DNA of 64,000 nucleotides from contig OZ287080.1 of NCBI GenBank assembly GCA_965645245.1, forward strand, positions 372,001 to 436,000, read 5' to 3'. The notes under the pieces are model-generated. The model was not told where the DNA came from. It ran no database searches and was given only the letters and a program-made list of their open reading frames with translations. Each line of letters starts with the position of its first letter. The first letter of the stretch is position 1. This document shows positions 35,626 to 48,651 of the stretch, piece after piece. The stretch is from Massalongia carnosa. Lineage: Eukaryota. Both the position numbers and the translations under genes were made by a program.

Positions 35626-36900
35626 TTTTAGATATGATAAAAGAGCTAAGAGCAACAACATATTCTTTGAAGCTTGATATCAGCAACTGAGGGTTTTCGA
35701 GAAGCAAAAGATAGAGCACGATATCGATACTTCAAGCTAAAGTTTCCAGGGAAAGCCTACAGGGTAGTGGTTGAATATATATTGGCAACCCCCAAAGCTA
35801 AGTTAATCGGCGGAGATTTTGATCACGCAGAGCATCCCACAAATCCAATGATGATAGGTGATCTGGACTGTTTCGGGTGCCTTTTCTGCGTTCTAGAATC
35901 CGGCTCAATGTCAAAGTGGGGCCATTATCGCCCGCACATAAGCCTTCAAAACCATCGACGACGTTTCGACGGAACAGATAAGATGCAATAGCTATTATAT
36001 AATGTCATCCAGAATTTCATACTAATCTTGTCGCCATGAGGCATCCGCACCTCAATCCAAGTATATATTTGTGAACTAATCCTTCTTGCAAACGATATTG
36101 AGATTCGGGCATTGCCAACTCGAAAAGTTATTTCGCTTATGAGCTGGTGACAACCTACATCGTCCCATGCTTTCACAGCTATTAGTTAGTCAATCGGTCA
36201 CTTTTCATGCACCTGTTACCTCTCAAGAAGTTACAAAGGGTTTCCAAGTAACATACGAAGTACTCCGTACTCTTTCCTGCAACTAGACCAAGCCGTGCGT
36301 CGGTGACAAAGGAAACACCTGCCGGGGTCGTTGTCAGATGGATTAAAAACATAGGCGCAAATAGATATCCCTGTACTGCTGGGGACGGCCCCTTGTGTTA
36401 AGCACTCTGTGCATTTGTCAGCCATCATTATGATGAACTCCCGTGACTCTGGAAAGTGTTCGGCACGGATTGCCTATAGGCCTTCCTCCACCCATCCTAG
36501 CCACCCGCCTTAACTTGCCCCATGGTCCGAGCGTCTTGTCCGCGATACCATTTGTAGCTAGTCGTGTGGCGTGCATGCTGCCTCCAGATGAATTTTGCCC
36601 CACAACAATATTCTCGATATAATGTAACTCTTCAACATCCTTCAGAACCTAAACACTTATCTCTATTAGTTCTTTCTTCTATCGTACCAAATTCTTTCAG
36701 CAGCTCTCCAGTTTTTCTCTTCTTTGATCCAAGTGTATCGATCCATCATTAGAGGTTGGCTACCGGCTCACCCAAAGCTCCAGTACTTGCGGTCAACAAT
36801 CGTCCCTGGATCTCCAAGCCAGCGACTTCTCCAGCTTCTTCAACCATTGTCAACTTATCTTAAGAAATGGCTCCTGCCTAGGGCTCCTCTGCCATGCTAG

Positions 36901-39900
36901 ATGATGGCAGAAATTGGGGTTTCCTTGCCACCTGCGCCAGGTGAAATTTCATTTGAGTTCTCCGGGCTTGACATGAACATAGAAGAGCACCTTGATACGC
37001 AAGGAAGACGGGATGGTGGGGTGTCAAATGAAGAAGAAAAGGGAGACACATTTGTTGACGAGCTCCACGAAACCTCGGAGGACGAAACGTTTGATGGAAG
37101 ACAGGCCAATGACCAAGAACAAACAAATGATTGTAACACTCAGTCTCGTCGCCGCAAAGTACTGCTAGACTGCATGAATGAGTTATTTGACGAAGACCGT
37201 TCCAAATATGAACGATTACAAGAGATGGACACCTCGTCTGGAGAGCAGACATCGGAGGATGAAGACCAAGAAGAAGACAATATCCCTGAGCATCTGGCCT
37301 CTCGAAAGGCAGAGCTGGAGGCTGCAGAAGAGGCTGCAGCATTTGAAAGGTACACAGCTCTATCAGTGATATGGAGCTCCGACCTCAATCCTCCTGAGGG
37401 CACCTCATACAGGTCCAATACCGACGAATCTCATCCTGTCCCAAGTTTTATCTCTTCCCTCTGTGTGAAGGACGATGCTTCGTCCAAACCGAACGAAGGA
37501 CGCCATCAGAGCTGTATTGAGCGCTCTTCCGCCTATAGTTCTTCTCAGCTTCGTAGCTCGAGGAGGCAAGGATTTCAAGATTCGTTGCTCATGCGAAGCC
37601 TAGCCGATCAACCGAACCCGTCCCTACAAGCGAAGCTAGGCATTTCAGATACGGCGATTCGTGGCGCGGTTCGTACCTCTCTCCACGCTCAAGGCTTTTT
37701 GAGGTCAAACACTCGTTCTACCCACTGGGTCAACAAAGATACTCATCCAGCGGCCGGAGCCTCCTCTCAGTCTGTTTCTGCAAATCAGCTTTTATCCTTG
37801 GGACCACTTCATCAACCATGGGAACAACGAGTAGCAGCAGGGCCTTCCATAAACCGTAAGCGAAGATACAGCCCAAGTAAGGTTGCCCCGTTAGCAAACA
37901 AATCGCTGCTGGCAACCAAAACCCCCTCAAATCAGACTCATGTTAAAGGTTCGTACCAATTTCGAACCCCGATAACGTGGGTTTACTTCTCACTGTTCAT
38001 TATAGCATCAAATAATTATGGGCAACGCACCATACGGGTTGGATCAGACAGAGGTCTTAACGATTTTAGCAATCCTTTAGGAGCGAACACACTTATCGCT
38101 AAGCCAAAATCGGTCTGCGGGCTACTAACCGAGCACTATGGGCCTTTGTCGCCATCCCTGATATCTGAGGTTTCTCAACTTCATCCTACATTGTATGTTT
38201 ACACAGCGAGTCTAATTCCATCTTCGTTTCTTCGAGGTCGAGTGCTAGAGGTGTTAAGAATTTTCCGCTGGTACGATATGCCAATGCTTATCACTATAGA
38301 TACCAGCCAGCAGCCGCAACAGCTGTTTAGTCATTTGGACGTTCGTTGGCTAACAAGCGGAACCACCAAAAATCTAGCGCCTCACACAAGTATTCCACTG
38401 GGCAAGGATGGTCAAGGTTGGCCTAGAGGTAAGATTCCTGTCGAAACAGTCGAGCGTATTGCGTGGAATCTTTCAAGGGTGGATATTGCAAACCTGCGGC
38501 TTGTGTGTCGCGAACTGGAAAAGATGGTCTCAAGTCTAGCCTTTAAAACTGTTGTCGTGCCGTTTCGACCTGAAATCTACGGTATGATGGCTCATGATGA
38601 AGAGATAAGGACCAAGGTACCGGACAACGGTAAAGGGAAGGGCAAAGCCATCATGGGCAAAGACGATCATCGCTTGGGTCCAAATGCGCGTTATTTAAGA
38701 GTTGATAAGGAGGGCATATATGATGGGATGAAAGTGTTTCAGGCATGGGGACCTCATATCCGGAAATTTGCGATGACTTTTGATGTAGATGAAGGTAAGA
38801 GACCCTTGGTTTTATTACAATGTCTCGAAAACTTCATGAGTCTTCATTCTGAAAACCGTGGCTTTGCAAGTTTTGTAATATGAAGAGCAATTGGCACCCC
38901 TCTTATTGCTTCAGATGAAAGACGTTACGCTAAGTGTCATCTAGCTATCCTTCAAAATCCCCCATTCAAGGGTCGATTCGAGACCTTCCACACATTCTGG
39001 GGACAGTACGCTTGGCCACTCCCGCATTATACTCGCTATGAGTCTTGCGAGAACTTGGAGAAGAAAGCAGACGAGACCAGTTTGATGACATCCGCCCTCT
39101 CTAACCTCAAACATGTGTTAGAACTAGCTTTATCGGTGGATGGCGGCCTAGGTTGGATCACTGGCCCAGATTTGTCCGATCGAGCAAAGATATTCGGCCA
39201 TAAACCAGAGGTGTTTGGCTCGCGGTTTGAACATTCAACCGCTGAAACTCGCTCTCGTTATCAGACATGGAGCGCCCTTACTGCTCATGTCCACCCGAAT
39301 GTCGTTCGAGCTGATCCTGGTCTAATCTCTTTAAGAACTAGGTCTTCCCGAACGTTCTTCCCGCCCCTTATATTTAGTGGCCTGGATCTTGAGTCTATGA
39401 TTGCTAGCACTGGCGGAGGGGCATCGATTACGACCAATACCCTCATACCTAATAGGTTGACATCGGCCCAACAAGAGTGGCTATTGGAGACATATTGGGC
39501 GCAAGATGCCTTCTTGACAAGTTGGTTCATGGCGGTTGTCGATAATTCAGATCTTTTCAGCAACGTGCATACATTGACCATCTCATGTTTATCCAGCAGA
39601 TATTTGAAAACGCTGAAACGGAAGGATATCTGGATGACGCTGAAGACTCTTAGCAGCTTAACCATCATGGTATCGCCAGACTGGCGCGACGTAGTTAAGC
39701 CCAATGATCGTCCAGTCGAAACGCCTTTTATACATCCGTCCTTTGCTGCTAACCATTTTTTCGACTTCCTTGAGCAGAGCATTGGGAATGTTGAAAAGCT
39801 TGCAACACTAAAGATTGGATATGTGGGCGGAGGTGAACGAGCGCAAGGGCTTTTTGCACGCAACAAGCATGTGCTTCCGGCCCCAATCGTGCTCTTTGAT

Positions 39901-40791
39901 CGCAGCCGTATGACCGTTGACAGAGTCACTAAATCGTTAACGCTCCCGCATGTTAAGCATCTAACTTTGAGTAACTGCTGGGTTACCCCCGATACAATAA
40001 CACTGTTTATCGACAAAATGCAGAAAATGAATCTACATACGTTGGTACTAGACTCAGTGTCATTGACAGCTCAGCCAGGGATCGACCGCTCTAATTTCAC
40101 TCCAGCAGACCCAATTCTACGAGAAGTGCCTACTCCGCCTGTGGCTTCAGCAATGGCTGCTATGGTGGCCGCAAACCCTATCTTAGCCGGTGCTAGCCCG
40201 GTAGTACAGTTGCAAATGATTCAAGATATTCAAGAGAGTCAGGGGGAGTCGTCCTTCGACCCATTTCCCGAAACCCTTCGTGATTGGATTGGTGTTACAT
40301 ATAGGAAAGGATCCTGGCCAGAAGTTATCAACAATATCACACCAGGCAAGACCTTAGATCAAATGCGGTTTAAGTATGGCTTTACAAGTGATGAGCCCAG
40401 CCCACGTTCAGCACGATCCCTTCGCGACATTGATTTCATCTCATGCGGATATATCCGCTTCCCTGATATGACGAATTTCTTACAGGATGTTCTGGGTTCG
40501 GTAGAGATCAATACTGTTGAATGTCTTCAAACACGGGTATTCGAGTTGGAGCGCGTGATGATGGGTACGAACGATCAATACCTTGGCCAGATTGTACCTT
40601 CGATGGACTACAATGAGATGATGCTCTTGGAGACTTCTTTTGGTATGACGAATGGTTGGGGGAATGACGTTGCTAAATGGGAGACTCGCGAAGATGGTCA
40701 GCCTATGGGAGGTTCTGGTCGATTCTCTGGATCCTTGAAAGAGACTGTGAATGGGGAGCACAACGAAAAACATCAGTCAACTAATCCATAG
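36901..40791 (+). CDS. Fungal F-box domain protein, multi-exon
   Basis: F-box motif IPVETVERIAWNLSRVDIANLRLVCRELE; intron from about 38794 to 38944 links to the 578-aa ORF; probable additional intron 37949-38299. Confidence 0.8.
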
Positions 40792-41870
40792 TGGTCGATG
40801 AACACTTTGATGTTCATGCTAAGCTTTCAATGCCATTTTCATGACCACTTCTACACGTCAGACATGATCACGCAAGTACGACCCATGACTACGGCTTTAG
40901 GAAGCGTTTTCCAAAGATCGCCTAATTCTCGCTGCAAAGAGCCTAAACCTGGGTCATTAATTTTCTCCTGCTATTTGAGGCTCTAATCCTCCTAACTGTA
41001 AAAGTTCGTCGACCAGCGTTCTGTTCTCGGTCTCAGCCGCACGCAGACGCCCTAAATTTTTCTACCTATTATCGATGCTACCGCCTTCACATCCCTTCAA
41101 CTCGCATTCGCAACGCTTTGCGTCTCCTCGCTCTATGCAGGGGGTCCTTGCCTTGTGTTCTCATTGCCGCAGTTCCTGAGGGCGGCAAGGGACTCTAGAG
41201 GGGTACTTTTGTACATATATTTTCAAAGAACTGGAGGAAGCGAGTCGCCAGCCATTACGTTCGATTCTGCTTTCCCAGTGAAACTTGGCGAACGCTCAAC
41301 TCCCTTACTGTATTAGATAAGACCAGCCTACGCCGCAAGCACGGAAAAACACCTTGATTGGTGCTGTTATCGCTGTGAAGGAGACCGAGAGGAGATTTTA
41401 AAGGAAGGTGGATGAATAGCTTTGAAAGCCATTTCGTTTTGTAAATAGCTCAGCTTGTGCGAGGCAGCATGTGATGTAGATGAAATCCGATCCATTGTAA
41501 ATCTGAACCCTTATGCTGATGGGTTCCTTGTGCACGTGCATGATGGAAATCCTCATGTAGGAAGTTCGCTCCTATAGTGAAGAGGCGTAGGAGACGAGGC
41601 AAGGCTTAAGATACAAGGTATTTTTCTCATAGTTTAAAGGCAGACAGCTAACGAGTTGACTAAAGGAGAAACACATCCTAGTAATAAGATTGTATTCTTC
41701 CCCTCCAGTTGCAACTCCCGCCGTCTAACCCACTCTCCAGATGCTCCCCTCCCGCCTCCTTTCCACCAACCTCCGAACCACTTTCCCCCAGCCTCTCCTC
41801 ACCCTTTCCCTACATTTCGCAGCCCCCCCCCCACTTGAAAAAACAGCATTTCCCGCAACACGCGAAGCGC

Positions 41871-42905
41871 CTAAGAAGCAGTGATTGCCCTATGAACCCT
41901 CACGCCACGTTGTCGGGAGCTCAGGTGCGCACGCTCACGCTCAACGATCTGAGGGCCTTTTTGCACGACTTCTTCGCCTTCGGTGAGGATGAGCTCGATA
42001 TGACACGGATTGGACATGTAAGGGTTTATCTAGGGTATTTAGGGGAGGGGATCAGTTTCCTTTCTTTTAGTTGGCTTAGGTGCGAGAGGGACAGATAAAA
42101 AAAGGCAAGGAGGATGAAGGGGGAAAATGCGGGACATGTGCCGGATTCATAGAAATTGGGGGAAAGGAAAGTGGGAAGGCGAAAAGAACGAAAGAGGTCG
42201 GGAAAGACTTACGCGACCGTGAGCGCGGTAAGTGCGGCGGCGCTGCTTAGGTGCTTGGTTCACTTGGATATGCTTGACGATCAGGTTTCCCGTGTCAAGG
42301 CCCTTGGTGTCGGCGTTTGCCTCCGCGTTCTTCAGGAGACCAAGAAGAAATTCGGCGGATTTGACGGGCCAGCGAGCGCGGGAGACGCCGAATTGTTTTC
42401 CTAACGAGAGAAAGGGTATTAGTAGCGTTGTGCGCTTCCTCGTAGCGTTTGACCAAAGGGAGAATGGGAAGAGCATGATAATCCCATTTCCATGCTCTCA
42501 TGCTATCCTTCATCGAAAATACAGTCTTGAAAACCATGAGAAGAATCTCACCCTGCGCGCTTCGACCTGTGCTTCCAGCATACCGCCTCATCGGCACGGC
42601 CTCCTTATGCGCGATAACATTATCCAGATATGTGACTGCGCGCTGCAGTTTCCACCCGTTGATCGCCTGTGCCGTTTCACGGGTGTTTTTGAAGGAAACG
42701 CGGAGGTAGGCACCGCGAGCTCGAGCGGATTTGCCGGATTCGATTGTTGTTGCTGCGTAGCGGACCTGGGAAGAGGGGATGATTGTTAGTTTGAGGGACC
42801 CAAGGGGGAGATAGGAAAGTTGATTCAGGGGGGGAGGAGGATGGGAGATGAGGGGTGAGGAGAATTGAGGGCGTTCGTCATGAATTTTTTAAAAGAGCTT
42901 ACCAT
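41871..42905 (-). CDS. RPL17: 60S ribosomal protein L17 (uL22), 187 aa; exons 42905-42903, 42765-42552, 42400-42213, 42029-41871
   Basis: MVRYA...[65 protein letters not shown]; exons sum to 564 nt with canonical introns. Confidence 0.97.
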
Positions 42906-43214
42906 CTTATAAGTGGTGATGGGATGATTCGGTATCCGTTGTTTTGTCTGTCTATCTGTCCGCTGTCGATGAAGTAGTTGAATATGCGAAATCTAAGCGA
43001 GTGTGCGGAAACCCGAGCTAGGCTATTGAAAGTTAGGGCATCTTTGAATTTCGAACTGGAATCCCAAAATTCAAGCTTTTGCTAACGAATCGCAGACCCT
43101 CACTCTAATTTTCCTTAGAAAACATTAAAGCTCCGACGACATGACATTCAGTATGTATTCCCTGATTGTTTTAATCAACTGCAAAGGCTTACGCTAATTT
43201 CTATGTTTGCGCAG

Positions 43215-43353
43215 TTTGGAAATCCTATGCGCACTTTCTCTAGCAAGGGAGCTGTCTTATCTACAAATCAAGCCCTACGAGATTATTTAGACCTGGCCGC
43301 TACTTAATCGTGGACGCAAAACAGTAACAGGCTCGATTGAATGATCTACACAT
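43215..43353 (+). ncRNA. Candidate box H/ACA snoRNA-like element in the spliced leader upstream of fibrillarin
   Basis: Hairpin - AAATCA (ANANNA, 43265-43270) - hairpin (AGATTATTT/GAATGATCT lower stem, CCTG/CAGG upper stem) - ACA at 43348; preceded by canonical intron 43151-43214. Confidence 0.4.
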
Positions 43354-43376
43354 AAAATAATACCTCGCTACAACAA

Positions 43377-44623
43377 ATGGCATTTACGCCTCGAGGTCGT
43401 GGGGGAGGAGACCGCGGAGGCTTCAGAGGTGGATCCCGAGGTACTCCAAGAGGTGGGAGCAGAGGGGGAAGTAGGGGTTAGTCTCACAATTCTATATCTT
43501 CGGTTCCAGTGCGGAGTGGACAATGCTCTATCTAAGCTGTAGATCGAGCAACGTTCCTGACACCTCACAGGCGGATTCGGGGATCGTGGGGGTTTTGGCG
43601 ACCGCGGGAGTAGAGGCGGACGTGGTCGTGGCGCACCAAGAGGAGCAGGAGGACGAGGGGGCCGTGGAGCACCACGAGGTGGTCGGGGTGGCGGAGCAAG
43701 AGGAGGCGCAAAAACCATAATAGTATGTTCCCAGCCATTTCAGCTCCCAAGGCCTTACATGTACAAGGCTCCCCTTTTAAACACTAACAATCCTAGGAAC
43801 CCCACCGACACCCCGGCGTCTTCGTCGCGCGAGGGAAAGAAGATCTTCTTATCACCAAAAACCTCAAACCCGGCGAATCCGTCTACGGCGAAAAACGCAT
43901 CTCCGTCGAAAACAGCCTCGCCCCTCCCGCTTCCGACGATTCCACCCCAATCGCTGCTACAAAAACCGAATACCGTGTCTGGAATCCCTTCCGCAGCAAG
44001 CTCGCGGCCGGTATTCTTGGCGGCCTAGACGAGATCTTCATTCGCCCGGGAAGCAAAGTGCTCTATCTCGGCGCCGCAAGCGGGACGTCGGTCAGCCATG
44101 TCGCCGACATCGTGGGACCCAAGGGCATCGTGTTCGCGGTCGAGTTTTCACACCGTAGCGGTCGAGACCTAATAAACATGGCCACGCACCGCACCAACGT
44201 CATCCCGATCATCGAGGACGCACGCCACCCGCTGCGCTACCGGATGCTGGTGTCGATGGTAGATGTGATTTTCGCGGACGTGGCGCAGCCAGATCAGGCG
44301 CGTATTGTGGGCTTGAACGCGCATAGCTACTTGAAGGTTGGAGGGGGGGTAGTGGTGAGCGTGAAGGCGAACTGCATCGATAGCACCGCGGCGCCGGAGC
44401 AGGTATTCGCACGCGAAGTGCAGAAAATGAAGGAGGAAAAGATCAAGCCGTTTGAGCAATTGACTTTAGAGCCGTACGAGAGGGGTGAGTCCATTTGTTT
44501 CCTTTTCGTGCTAAAACTGTTGGCGTTCCCAAATCTAGAAATTGGCTGACTGAAATGTCGTGGCTCGCAGACCATTGCATCGTGACCGGCTACTACATCC
44601 GCTCGCCCAAAGACAAATCCTAA
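43377..44623 (+). CDS. NOP1: Fibrillarin, rRNA 2'-O-methyltransferase; exons 43377-43476, 43571-43722, 43797-44484, 44571-44623
   Basis: N-terminal GAR/RGG domain, [72 protein letters not shown]. Confidence 0.97.
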
Positions 44624-45164
44624 GTCTCAATCAATCAATCAATTCATCTCCCATTTCGTTCAGGATTTTCTCCCCATGCTGTATCTACATATCTGCCGAT
44701 CCAGAGAGTTCTTGGTTCGGAATCACGTAAAGGATGTTCGAAAGAAAATTTCATGGTTTGGGTTGGTTGATTGGTTGTTTAGCTACCTTGTGCAGAATTC
44801 TTTTCTCGCCGGTTCGGCTTAAGGATTCATCTTTTCGAAATGCCCCAAAAAACCAGTTGTTAGCAAGTCTACCCTAAATCCCCACCTCACCCTAAGCAAT
44901 GCGTAAACAACCAACCAACTCTCTCACATAACTACTTCTTCATATCTCTCTCGCCCTTCCTCCTTTCACCCCTTCACCACTCCCTCCAAGTCCCTAGCCA
45001 AATCCCCTCCTTAATCTCACCACCCGCTACTCCCACAACCTCCCGAACCCTTCCATCCAACCCCCCTGATACGCAGTTATCCGCGGAAAGGAAGTTCTTC
45101 TCATATGTTGTGTTGTTTTGTTTAGGGGATTAGTTAGTTGGTTTATTATTTAATTCATTGATTT

Positions 45165-45240
45165 ACTGATGATGATGATGATGATAGCGAGAGTTTTTTT
45201 TTTAAAAAAAAATAAAAATAAAAATAAAAATAAAAAAAAA
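45165..45240 (+). repeat. (GAT)n, poly(T)/poly(A) and (AAAAT)n low-complexity tract
   Basis: Directly visible. Confidence 0.85.
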
Positions 45241-45926
45241 CTCGTTATATCCACATATCACCTATTCGTCCACCCATCCATCCATCCACATTAAAAGCCC
45301 CGGAGACGCGAGGAAATGAAACGAGAGATTAACAGGCTACATAGAGCATACATTACACATACACATACATGCTTTTCGAACAATCCCATGAACGAACAAG
45401 AAAAAAACAAAGGCCAAAAATATAGGATGATAAGAGACAGAAAGATAAAAAGACAAAAAAACCTAACTGACACGGAGACTCGCACAGTGAGCTAGTGATT
45501 ACGAGGTTGCGAGGATGAGGAGAAGGACCAAAAAAAAAAGCCTTTAGCGTGTCTCCTTTCCACCGGCATTCTCCTGTTGTTTGTAGAACAATCTACTTGA
45601 CTTGGGCTGTTTTGTTGGTAATCGCTTGATTAACTGAGTTGTTAGCTGATAAGGAGGCTCTGAGTAGATGGGGTGACCAATGTGCCTGGAATGCCTTTTT
45701 TACAAGGAACCAATTGGTTGGTAGAGGGAAGGACGGATAGAGGGGGAGGAACACAAGTAGACGGAAAGAAAAAGATTTTGGGAATTGATTGAACGGCCAC
45801 TGGGCCGGGAGATTGATTGTATTTGCTTGAGAGACTAACTAATCGCTAGCTAGAAAAAATTCGCTGTGGGATAGGAACGTTCTTGGTTCCCAACATGCTG
45901 TTTGATATAGCTTGAAAAAACACCTC

Positions 45927-48651
45927 CTACACCCCCTCAAAAACCGCAACGGTCGAGCAAAAATTATTGTGGTTATTAACCTGCGGCACTAATCTCCTCC
46001 CATCAATCGTGAGCATGTTAGTGCTGGCCTTGGTGGTCAGACCCCAGATCAAGACGTCAGCAGAGCAGTCGACAGCAAGGATATGTTCTTGGCAAGACTC
46101 GGTGGCAAGGCAGGTTTGAGCGTAGTTGTCGAAGAAGGAGTAGAGACTGTTCCCCAGGGAAAGGTTTGTTAGCATGTAGTTCTCTCCTTCTCTCGCCGAT
46201 GAGTAAGGATAGGGTTGATTCTAGATCTTTGATTGAAAGGGAACAAAAGACATACCCGGCACCGAAGACCACAATATCCGAGGAATCTACGACTCGGAGA
46301 CCCCATGATTTGCGGCATGAGGCGGTGGTGCAGATGGAAAAGTCTGGGTCGGAGAAGGCGACCTGGGGAGCGAAAGGAGTGAGAGCGTCCGGGTTGGATT
46401 GCATGTATCTGGATATCCGTTAGTCAATCCGCTGAAACAAGGAGAAAGACGTTGACACTGAAAATGACGTACGGTGTTTCCGTCTGGATGAGAGCCATGT
46501 AGACGTTCTTCGCATTAGCGACTTGATAATTGTACAACTGGCTATGCTCCGAACTCGTACCGTACATCCATACTGGCCCTTGACTCTCGATGAGGACGCC
46601 ACGGCCATTGTAGATGTTGGTTTGCTTGTGGTCAACACGATCGAGCTCGTGGTCTGCAACCCAGAACCAGTTGTTTTCAAGGTAGATGGATGCTTTGGCC
46701 GTCACATGGAGGAGTAAGAACGCGCCTTCGCAAGCGGGATTCGCTGGCGCAGTGACGTTTTCATTCTTAGCGCAAATATCGCTTTGAAGGTTCGTTCCAG
46801 CTGCACCGCCGATCCGCATGTGGACATCCCACATCCCTGAAGATGCTTGTTGGCCGACTGGTTCGGCCAGGTTCCACTCTACCAAGATAGCGCCAGGTTG
46901 AGGACCTTTGGTTCCAAAGATAAGATCGCTCATCTCCACGCACCCTTCATCTCCAGGTTGGCCGACCTGGAAGACTGGGGCTGGTTTGGTTTGGTCGGAG
47001 AATGTGGTGCCAGAAGCCATGATGAGGGGCCAGATTTCACCTGTAATTCTGACGTTTTGGGGGACTTTGACTGTGTTTGAGATTATGTATGCTCCGTGAT
47101 CGAAGTAGATAATCTGTTCGGACGTAGCCGAATCGAAAACTGCTTGGACGGCTGCCGTATCATCAGTCTTTCCGTCTCCCTTGGCACCTTTGGATTTAAC
47201 GCTAACAAATGCTGAGGAGGGGATATTTTCATATTGCGGTTTTGAACGTTCAACCACAGCCCCTTGCGCGTTCAGAAGAGAAGCAGGTTTCGCTGGTGCT
47301 GTAAGCGATCCTTGAATGCTCGTGCTCGACGGTGCCCCACACGTTGCATTTGAAGCGCCGTCGCTTCCCGTGGTATATGCATGCCCCTGAGCCCAGGAAG
47401 TAATCTTCGAGCCCCCGGCAAGAATGGCCTTCCCTTGGGGATCAGCCACCGCGGCCCCACATCCTGTAAAGTCCACGTTGTCAATCACCAGGGTACCGTT
47501 CGTTGCCAGGGCGCTACTAGATCCATGAGATGTGACAATTCCTTTCGGGGTGCTTCTGAATGTACTATCTTGAACCAAGATCGAGCCTACGGTTTGCGAG
47601 ACTCCCCCGCTAGTCATATCTATCCCAACACCGCAGTTATTGATCGATAAAGATTTAAATACCCACAGCCAGTTCCAGTTCATAAAGATGGCTGTTTGTA
47701 CGTCGTTGAAGGTCAGATTTCGGGTGGTAAACTGTTGATTCCCCAAGAAAGCGCCATAGTGCCCGCCGTTGAAGACCAAATCCGTCATAAAGCCTCCGGA
47801 ACCATTTTCCATGAATATTCCTTGCTGCTTATTATCATCGCCCCCTTTGATCATTTCGAAACGGATGTTCTGCAAACTCGTAGCCTACGGTTGATTAATA
47901 TATGAGGCTCCATCTTTGCGAGTAGCCATACCTGTGCAACTTGCCAATGAATACCAGCCCCGCTAGAAGCATTCATAGCCGTTAGGTCGATGACAAAGTT
48001 TCTGACTTGTCGGAAGAAATTATTTTGGTTGGTATACCAATTGCCTCCCTTGTCGTCATAAGGGTTTGAGTCGATCACTGCAACGCCCTGGAAAGAAGAG
48101 GCGGCTTTGATGGTAGGGACAGTAATGGCGTCGCCGACGAGTTGTGTGTAGTAAAGCTGTACGAGAGGCTTGCAGACGAGATAGGTGCCTGGAGGAAAAT
48201 ACACCAGCGCTGGGCTAATCGTAGAGGAGTCGCAGCCTTGACCGCATCGAGCGCCGTCAGAGATGGCTTTGTTGATAGCATCGGTATCATCAGTGATCCC
48301 GTCGCCTAGATTCGATATGTAAGCATAGCCAAAGTCAAAACTTTAAGGCCTAGCTGGCGTTGTTCGAGATAGGGCAATCCAAACGACAAGCTAGCTGGCG
48401 CGATCCCACGTACCGGTAGCACCATAATCTTGCACATTTCGATACACTTTGAATGAGGAATCGCCAAAGGCAACAGCCCCCTGTCGTTTGATGGCTGAAA
48501 GCCAGTAAGAAGATACGGCCAGCGCACCGACCGGGTTTGTTGAATTCGAACTTGAAGAAAGTGGCACGGCTTCCACCATCGAAGTCGGCGCAAAAAGAAA
48601 GAGAAGTCGCAGGGTTACGAAAGCCACGGCTGCAGGGAAAGTGAGCATCAT
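45927..48651 (-). CDS. Glycoside hydrolase family 55 exo-beta-1,3-glucanase, secreted, multi-exon
   Basis: Signal peptide; YRNVQDYGA..DGITDDTDAIN, YFPPGTY, NQNNFFRQVRN, IHWQVAQ, FMENGSGG, second beta-helix GAKGDGKTDDT, WVADHELD, EHSQLYNYQ, IQTETPY. Confidence 0.95.

Noticed and set aside
42455..42505. Hairpin in an RPL17 intron as snoRNA or autoregulatory element
   Set aside because: Only an 8-bp stem and no clear C/D or H/ACA boxes.
43130..43260. Intron-containing U3 snoRNA
   Set aside because: The sequence after the intron lacks the U3 box A (TAGGATCATTTC-like) and boxes B/C/D.
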